24,000 nucleotides of DNA from Nocardioides sp. Lineage in GTDB: Bacteria; Actinomycetota; Actinomycetes; Propionibacteriales; Nocardioidaceae. The position numbers were made by a program, and so were the translations under genes. Under the pieces are notes generated by a model that did not search any database, was not told where the DNA came from, and saw nothing but the letters and a program-made list of their open reading frames with translations. Positions 18,878 to 24,000 of this stretch are shown here, piece by piece. Each line of letters begins with the position of its first letter. The first letter of the stretch is position 1. The stretch lies in assembly GCF_030019515.1 (NCBI RefSeq), contig NZ_JASEEQ010000005.1, forward strand, positions 63,810 to 87,809, in the 5' to 3' direction.

Positions 18878-19648
18878 ATGGCGCACACCTGGGACCCCGA
18901 CCGCTACCTCGCCTACGCCGACGAGCGCGGCCGGCCGTTCGTCGACCTGCTCGCCCGGGTCCGCGCGACCCGGCCGCGCACCGTGGTCGATCTCGGCTGC
19001 GGTCCCGGCAACCTCACGGCGCTGCTCGCCGAGCGCTGGCCGGGCGCGCGGGTGACCGGCCTGGACTCGAGCCCGGAGATGGTCGAGGCCGCCCGGGCCG
19101 CGGCGCCCGGCCTCCGGTTCGAGGTGGCCGACCTGCGGGACTGGGCGCCGGCCGAGCCGGTGGACGTGGTCGTCGCGAACGCGGTCCTCCAGTGGATCCC
19201 CGGCCACCTCGAGCTGCTGCCGCGCCTGGTCGCCGCACTCGCGCCCGGCGGCTGGCTCGCCGTCCAGGTGCCCGGCAACCTCGGCGAGCCCAGCCACACG
19301 CTCCGCGACCAGCTGGCCGCGGAGCCGCCGTACGACGTCCACACGCGCAGCGTGGCCGTGCCGAGCAGCCACGACCCCGCGGCCTACCTCGACGCGCTCG
19401 CCGGCCTCGGTTGCACGGTGGACGCCTGGGAGACGACGTACCTCCACCTCCTCACCGGCGCGGACCCGGTCTTCACCTGGGTCTCCGGAACCGGCGCCCG
19501 CCCGACCCTCCAGGCGCTGCCCGACGACCTGCGTCCTGGCTTCGAGGCCGAATTCCGTCGCCGGCTGGCCGAGGCCTACCCGCCGCGCGAGTACGGCGTG
19601 GTGCTGCCGTTCCGCCGGGTGTTCGTCGTGGCGCAGGTGGCCCGGTGA
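18878..19648 (+). CDS. tam: Trans-aconitate 2-methyltransferase (Tam-like class I SAM methyltransferase)
   Basis: ATG 18878 gives MAHTWDPDRYLAYADERGRPFVDLLARV...VVDLGCGPGNLT...ANAVLQWIP, the Tam family pattern. 256 aa. The upstream part of the 433-aa track ORF is antisense to MarR. Confidence 0.85.
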   Translation: MAHTWDPDRYLAYADERGRPFVDLLARVRATRPRTVVDLGCGPGNLTALLAERWPGARVTGLDSSPEMVEAARAAAPGLRFEVADLRDWAPAEPVDVVVANAVLQWIPGHLELLPRLVAALAPGGWLAVQVPGNLGEPSHTLRDQLAAEPPYDVHTRSVAVPSSHDPAAYLDALAGLGCTVDAWETTYLHLLTGADPVFTWVSGTGARPTLQALPDDLRPGFEAEFRRRLAEAYPPREYGVVLPFRRVFVVAQVAR

Positions 19649-19850
19649 GGCTGCACCACCTCCAGATCGCCTGCCCGCCCGGAGGTGAGCCGCGTCTCGC
19701 GCGTCGACTTCGTCGCCGCGCGGGCCGCGGGATCGATCGCGGGGCGGTCGTTCGGCGGTGCTGAGCGGGCCGGGACGAACGGCTCCTCGACGCGCACGTG
19801 AATCCTCGATGCCCACGGCAACCGGGTCGAGGTCCTCGCCGACATCGGCG
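19645..19850 (+). pseudogene. Decayed VOC/glyoxalase-family gene remnant (N-terminal and C-terminal fragments in different frames)
   Basis: GTG 19645 overlaps the tam stop (GTGA) and encodes VRLHHLQIACPPGGE..., a typical VOC N-terminus, which then degenerates to an Arg-rich tail with a stop at 19762-19764. Frame +1 relative to this, from 19802, reads ILDAHGNRVEVLA, a VOC C-terminal F-x-D-P-x-G-N-x-hydrophobic-E-like motif. The total span is far shorter than the 115-130 aa usual for the family. Confidence 0.4.
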
Positions 19851-19926
19851 GCCGACCGGGACCGGCCCCGGTAAACCGGGCGGCCCCACCGCGCGTCCAA
19901 CAGATAGGACCCGAGGGAGGCGCGAG

Positions 19927-20802
19927 ATGGGTACGCGGTGGTGTCGGTGGGGTTGGTGGCGTGGCTGGGCGGCACTGGTCGTGGTGCCGGTGCTGGTGAC
20001 GGCCTGCGGGGTGCAGGGCGGGTCGGACACCGGTGCGGACGTGGCGCCCACGCCGGCGCCGAGCAGCCAGGAGCCGAGCAGTGCGCCGGGCAGCCGGGCG
20101 CCGGGCAGCGGGGCGAGTGCGCCGGACACGATGCCCGACCTGATCGGGCTCGGCTCGGCGGATGCCGCTCGTCGGATCAGTGAGCTCGGGCTGGGCTCGG
20201 AGTGGGACACGGTCGCGGTGCGGTGCGGTGCCCGGCCGGGCACCGTCGTCCACCAGGTGCCGGCCCCCGGGTCGGAGCTGACCGACCGGACCGTGGTGCG
20301 GTTGCGCACCGCGATCCTCGACCTCGACGAGTTCCGCGGGCCCTGCGAGGCGGACGAGCTCGGGCCGGTCACGGGCCCGGACGCCGTACTGGCCCGCGCG
20401 CTCTACCGGTTCGCGGCCGACCCGGCGCTCGGGGCGCCGTTCGTCGCCGGAGGCGTGTGGACCGGGATCGAGGACGGACTCGCCGCGAGGACGGTCGGGC
20501 CCGAGCAGCGAGCCGACCTCACGGCCTGGCAGCTGGACGCGGAGTACGCCGAGCGGGGCGGGCCGTTCTCGGCCCTGGACGTCCTCGCCGGCAGCGGCGG
20601 CCACTACGAGGTGCGCCGCGGCATCGTCGGCACCTGCCCGGGCGGCAACCCGACCGCGCCGGCCGAGCTCGCCGGCCTGCGCGCGATCAGCCTCACCGTT
20701 CCCGAGGACTCGATCGACTCGTGCCTGCAGTGGTGGGGCGTGAGCGTGTTCCTCGACCACGGCCGGATCCGCGGCGTCGCGCTCCGGCTCGGCTCGCCGT
20801 AG
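19927..20802 (+). CDS. Putative lipoprotein with a single PASTA domain and an uncharacterised C-terminal domain
   Basis: ATG 19927, with GGGAGG 8 nt upstream. The signal peptide and lipobox are WAALVVVPVLVTAC|G. A Pro/Ser-rich linker follows, then the PASTA-like segment MPDLIGLGSADAARRISELGLGSEWDTVAVRCGARPGTVVHQVPAPGSELTDRTVVRLR. 291 aa. Confidence 0.65.
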   Translation: MGTRWCRWGWWRGWAALVVVPVLVTACGVQGGSDTGADVAPTPAPSSQEPSSAPGSRAPGSGASAPDTMPDLIGLGSADAARRISELGLGSEWDTVAVRCGARPGTVVHQVPAPGSELTDRTVVRLRTAILDLDEFRGPCEADELGPVTGPDAVLARALYRFAADPALGAPFVAGGVWTGIEDGLAARTVGPEQRADLTAWQLDAEYAERGGPFSALDVLAGSGGHYEVRRGIVGTCPGGNPTAPAELAGLRAISLTVPEDSIDSCLQWWGVSVFLDHGRIRGVALRLGSP

Positions 20803-20840
20803 GCCGACGCCGGTCCTGGGGTGGCCGATCAAGCGCGGCG

Positions 20841-20892
20841 CGGGACGTCATACGGACGGTGGAGGGGGACACACTGTCCGTATGACGTCCCG
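20841..20892. other. Perfect 17-bp inverted repeat (extendable to 21 bp with a G-U pair), either a terminator of the lipoprotein gene or an operator upstream of the DUF4442 gene
   Basis: CGGGACGTCATACGGAC (20841-20857) pairs with GTCCGTATGACGTCCCG (20876-20892), checked base by base. Each arm contains a GACGTC palindrome. It lies 39 nt after the upstream stop and 28 nt before the downstream ATG. Confidence 0.55.
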
Positions 20893-20919
20893 GCGGTTAC
20901 CGGCGGGTAATATGTCCGC

Positions 20920-21399
20920 ATGAGCCAGGTCCTCATCCTGTGGCACAAGACGAGCGCGCTCCCCGTCGTGGGCAGCCGGGTGTTCTCGGTGCTGTTCGCG
21001 CAGAAGGCGCCGTACTTCGCCTCGATCCGCCCCCGCTTCCTCACCATCGAGCCGAACCGAGTCGAGCTGCTGATCCCCAAGCGGCGCCGGGTGCACAACC
21101 ACCTCGGCACCGTGCACGCGATCGCGCTGTGCAACGGTCTCGAGGCTGCGATGGGCGCGCTCGCCGAGGTCACGATCCCGGCCGACCGGCGCTGGATCCC
21201 CCAGGGGATGGAGGTCGCCTACACCGCCAAGGCGACCAGCGACATCGTGTGCATCGCCGAGACCGACCCCGAGCAGTGGCGCTCCGACGCGCTGCCCGAC
21301 ACCGGAGGTCAGCTGCCGGTGCGCGTGCAGGGCGTCCGCGACGACGGCACCGTCGTCATCGAGGGCGTGATCCGGCTCTGGGTCACCCCGCGGGCGTGA
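20920..21399 (+). CDS. DUF4442 domain protein (hotdog-fold, PaaI/thioesterase-like)
   Basis: 159 aa. APYFASIRPRFLTIEPNRVELLIPKRRRVHNHLGTVHAIALCNGLEAAMG matches the DUF4442 family pattern as I recall it. TAATAT (20908-20913) ends 6 nt before the ATG, a candidate leaderless promoter. Confidence 0.75.
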   Translation: MSQVLILWHKTSALPVVGSRVFSVLFAQKAPYFASIRPRFLTIEPNRVELLIPKRRRVHNHLGTVHAIALCNGLEAAMGALAEVTIPADRRWIPQGMEVAYTAKATSDIVCIAETDPEQWRSDALPDTGGQLPVRVQGVRDDGTVVIEGVIRLWVTPRA

Positions 21400-22876
21400 G
21401 CAGGATCGGGTTCGTCAGCGCCACCATCTGCCCCGTGGCCGAGCTCCGGCGCACCTCCGCTCGGACGAACGCCGTGCCGCCCGGCACGGTCGCGTCGAGG
21501 ACCACCGTCCCGCCACTGGCGATCGCCGTACCGTAGGTCGCCGCCGCCGGGCCGAGCAGCGTCGCCACGCAGCCGTCGTCCAGGCCGCTCGCCTCGAGGT
21601 GTACGGCGACCTCGTCGCCGACCGCGCTCGGCACCCGGTCGCCGCACTCGCCGCTGACGTCGCCGAGGGTCGCGGTGAACGTCAGGCCGATGCCCGAGGA
21701 CTCGGCGATCCAGGAGTGCCCGGCCCGGTAGCCGGCGATTATCGCCTCGGTCGAGAGCGACTCCGCGCGTACCACGGTCTGGGCCAGGCCGATCTGCTGC
21801 GCCTGCCGGTGGGTGTCGGAGTTGCCGACCGCGGGCTTGAACGTGCCCGCGCTGAGCAGGGTGTGCCAGCGCTTCACCGTCTGTGCGTTGAAGACGGCGT
21901 TCACGCCGGACCAGGGGCCGTTCCACACCTCGACCGCGTCGACCTCGGAGAACCCCGCGTCGTAGTCCCAGCGGATCGACGGCACCGGCACGCTCGGGTG
22001 CGCGGCGATGGACAGCCCACCCAGGTCGCGCACCTGCTGGGTGAACTCCGCGAGCCGGTCGTCCTCGGGACGGTAGCGCCAGTCGATCCAGGTGTCGGCG
22101 GGCAGCCCGGTCGCCAGCCAGTGCCCGCCGCGGGTGGTGACCTCCTCACCGTTGATCACCAGGAAGCCCTCGGGCACGTGCCGGCCCCAGGTCCGCGTCG
22201 CCGAGCTGTTGTTGTGCTCGGAGGTCCCGATGAAGTCGAGGCCGGCGGCCTGGGCGTACTCGAGCACCTGGCGCCGCGTCTGCGAGCCGTCGGAGAACAC
22301 GGTGTGCACGTGCAGGTCGCCGCGGTACCAGCCGTGGCCGGTGCCCGGGACCGCGGTCGGCGCCGGTGCGGACTCGAAGGCCGGCCCGCGCGGGCCGAAG
22401 CGCAGGGTGACCGTCACCTCGTAGTCGACCCGGCTCATGATCTGGTACGGGCCCAGTGAGATCCGCCAGCGTCCCGGCTCGATCGGCCCGGCCAGGTAGC
22501 CCGGCGTGGCCGACCCGCGGCTGAGGCGGAACGAGGAGCGCGCGCCACCCGTCCAACCCCGGAAGCCGGCGGCGTTGCCCAACCCCACCCCGGAGGGGTC
22601 GAAGATGCCGATGTCGATGACGTTCGTGCTGAAGCCGAACCCGGTGTCGTTGGGCGGCGGATAGGAGTAGGAGACCTCGATCTGGCGTACGCCGCGGGGC
22701 ACCCGGAACGGCAGGTATCGCCAGTCCTCGGTGTCCGTGGGGGAGAAGTGGCCCCGGAACTTCTTGGTGACCGTCGAGCCGGCGGCCGCGGGCTCGAAGG
22801 TGGTCAGCGCGGCGGTGGTCGCCACGCCGGCTCCGGAGAGCAGGAGCCGGCGACGGTCGAGGTGATGGCTGCTCAT
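21383..22876 (-). CDS. Tat-secreted PHP-domain metallohydrolase (CehA/McbA family)
   Basis: 497 aa. Twin-arginine signal [24 protein letters not shown]. An N-terminal beta-rich domain precedes the PHP motifs [18 protein letters not shown] and GNSDTH. Its 3' end overlaps the convergent DUF4442 gene by 17 nt. Confidence 0.8.
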   Translation of the reverse strand: MSSHHLDRRRLLLSGAGVATTAALTTFEPAAAGSTVTKKFRGHFSPTDTEDWRYLPFRVPRGVRQIEVSYSYPPPNDTGFGFSTNVIDIGIFDPSGVGLGNAAGFRGWTGGARSSFRLSRGSATPGYLAGPIEPGRWRISLGPYQIMSRVDYEVTVTLRFGPRGPAFESAPAPTAVPGTGHGWYRGDLHVHTVFSDGSQTRRQVLEYAQAAGLDFIGTSEHNNSSATRTWGRHVPEGFLVINGEEVTTRGGHWLATGLPADTWIDWRYRPEDDRLAEFTQQVRDLGGLSIAAHPSVPVPSIRWDYDAGFSEVDAVEVWNGPWSGVNAVFNAQTVKRWHTLLSAGTFKPAVGNSDTHRQAQQIGLAQTVVRAESLSTEAIIAGYRAGHSWIAESSGIGLTFTATLGDVSGECGDRVPSAVGDEVAVHLEASGLDDGCVATLLGPAAATYGTAIASGGTVVLDATVPGGTAFVRAEVRRSSATGQMVALTNPILLTPAG

Positions 22877-22893
22877 GGTGCCACCAGGATGGC

Positions 22894-23250
22894 TCAGCGC
22901 GAGCCGCGTCGTACGGCGAACCCGGTGATTGCGGCCGCGAGCAGCATCGAGCCGCCGACCAGGCCGGGCCAGATCCCCAGCTCACCGTGCTCGCGGTGGC
23001 CACGCAGGCTCCGGTGGCACTGGTAGGAGAGCGCCGAGCCGTTGCTCTCCCGGGAGCACACCGAGGCCGCGCTCTGGAAGGACAGCACCGACGCCGCGGA
23101 CATCAGCGAGCCCAGCGACCCCGCCGACATCAGCGATCCGACGCTGCCGAACGAGGCGACCGAGCCGATGCTCCCGATCGAGAGGACCGACCCGTCCGAC
23201 CACAGCGAGAGGATCGAGCCGCGCGAGCCGTGGGACCATATGGACCGCAC
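22894..23250 (-). CDS. Hypothetical 118-aa protein with 25 consecutive S-x-x triplets (nonapeptide repeats SxGSxLSxG) plus a C-terminal hydrophobic segment and basic tail
   Basis: GTG 23250 gives [120 protein letters not shown]3 is high. The stop is 17 nt upstream of the co-oriented PHP hydrolase start. Strand assignment is uncertain because the antisense frame (23042..23296 +) shares wobble positions and is also open. The TM-plus-RR tail favours the minus strand. Confidence 0.45.
   Translation of the reverse strand: MRSIWSHGSRGSILSLWSDGSVLSIGSIGSVASFGSVGSLMSAGSLGSLMSAASVLSFQSAASVCSRESNGSALSYQCHRSLRGHREHGELGIWPGLVGGSMLLAAAITGFAVRRGSR
23011..23235. repeat. 27-bp-periodic degenerate tandem repeat (about 8 units), with strict 3-bp periodicity
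   Basis: Example + strand units: GACCGAGCCGATGCTCCCGATCGAGAG / GACCGACCCGTCCGACCACAGCGAGAG / GATCGAGCCGCGCGAGCCGTGGGACCA. GACATCAGCGA recurs at 27-nt spacing (23099 and 23126). Confidence 0.75.
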
Positions 23251-23270
23251 GGTACGCCGCGGTTCGGCCC

Positions 23271-23286
23271 GGCGGGCCGGCCCGCC
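23271..23286. promoter_or_regulatory. Perfect 16-bp palindrome GGCGGGCCGGCCCGCC in the divergent spacer upstream of miaB
   Basis: Read directly from the sequence. It lies between the GTG at 23250 (minus-strand gene) and the miaB ATG at 23305. Function is unknown. Confidence 0.3.
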
Positions 23287-23304
23287 GTACCCTTGACGAC
23301 TGTC

Positions 23305-24000
23305 ATGGCCACCGCACAGCGCACGTACCAGGTCCGCACCTACGGGTGCCAGATGAACGTCCACGACTCCGAGCGGCTCACCGGGCTGCTCGAGGACGCG
23401 GGCTACGTCGCCGCGGCCGACGGCAAGCAGGCCGACGTGGTCGTGTTCAACACCTGTGCGGTGCGGGAGAACGCCGACAACAAGCTCTACGGCAACCTCG
23501 GCCACCTGGCGCCGGTCAAGGCCGCGACGCCGGGGATGCAGATCGCCGTCGGCGGCTGTCTGGCGCAGAAGGACCGCGACACGATCACCGCCCGGGCGCC
23601 GTGGGTCGACGTGGTGTTCGGCACCCACAACATCGGCTCGCTCCCGGCGCTGCTGGAGCGGGCGCGCGTCCAGGACGAGGCGCAGGTCGAGATCCTCGAG
23701 TCGCTCGAGGTGTTCCCCTCCACGCTGCCGACGCGGCGCGAGTCGGCGTACGCCGCCTGGGTCTCGGTGTCGGTGGGCTGCAACAACACCTGCACGTTCT
23801 GCATCGTCCCCAGCCTGCGCGGCAAGGAGAAGGACCGCCGCCCCGGCGAGATCCTCGCCGAGGTCGAGGCACTGGTCGCGGAGGGCGTCTCGGAGATCAC
23901 CCTGCTGGGGCAGAACGTCAACGCGTACGGCGTGGAGTTCGGCGACCGGCAGGCGTTCTCCAAGCTGCTGCGCGCCTGCGGGGACATCGAGGGCCTGGAG
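23305..24000 (+). CDS. miaB: tRNA (i6A37) methylthiotransferase MiaB, N-terminal part (runs off the right edge)
   Basis: ATG 23305 gives [25 protein letters not shown]...[13 protein letters not shown]...GGCLAQ (UPF0004 domain cysteines). The radical-SAM motif is [12 protein letters not shown]. The frame is open to position 24000. It is absent from the ORF track because it is edge-truncated. Confidence 0.9.
   Translation, partial: MATAQRTYQVRTYGCQMNVHDSERLTGLLEDAGYVAAADGKQADVVVFNTCAVRENADNKLYGNLGHLAPVKAATPGMQIAVGGCLAQKDRDTITARAPWVDVVFGTHNIGSLPALLERARVQDEAQVEILESLEVFPSTLPTRRESAYAAWVSVSVGCNNTCTFCIVPSLRGKEKDRRPGEILAEVEALVAEGVSEITLLGQNVNAYGVEFGDRQAFSKLLRACGDIEGLE

Noticed and set aside
23042-23296. 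84-aa + strand ORF (acidic, D/E at every third residue, Pro-rich) antisense to the Ser-repeat ORF and ending 9 nt before miaB.
   Set aside because: - It shares wobble positions with the minus frame, so its high GC3 is uninformative.
- It lacks the coherent hydrophobic-plus-basic tail seen on the minus strand, and it does not cover 22897-23041.
- It is kept as the explicit alternative hypothesis rather than called as a gene.

Overview
This is a high-GC (about 70%+) actinobacterial chromosomal segment, Nocardioides/Propionibacteriales-like by sequence style and synteny. Most of it is conserved housekeeping backbone. From the left edge: the tail of a probable L17 gene, truA and an RsmC-like methyltransferase. 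Further on: pmt and rsmI (divergent), tatD, then an rpfB-rsmA(ksgA)-ispE-ABC-F operon, and the start of miaB at the right edge. Both edge genes are missing from the ORF track because they are truncated by the window. Accessory blocks are wedged between these genes: (1) a divergent GntR/PfkB-kinase pair between L17 and truA; (2) a TetR-controlled minus-strand operon of SDR, SDR, APH-type kinase, FadE2/ACAD10-11-type acyl-CoA dehydrogenase and esterase, which reads like a split 4-oxo/4-hydroxy-acid (lva/ACAD10-11-type) pathway; (3) MarR, tam and a decayed VOC gene remnant; (4) a PASTA lipoprotein, a DUF4442 hotdog protein and a Tat-secreted PHP metallohydrolase. The most unusual object is a 118-aa ORF at 22894-23250 (minus strand) with serine at every third residue for 25 consecutive triplets, organised as 27-bp/nonapeptide repeats, plus a sorting-signal-like C-terminal tail. 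Other non-genic structure includes a 12-bp tandem repeat inside the catabolic operon. Two 60-nt palindromic elements have conserved arms and co-varying centres. There are several long perfect hairpins and a low-GC3 leader upstream of rpfB. I saw no tRNA, rRNA, CRISPR array or IS/transposase. Most long ORFs in the track are antisense or shadow frames typical of high-GC DNA. Several real starts are GTG codons internal to the listed ORFs.
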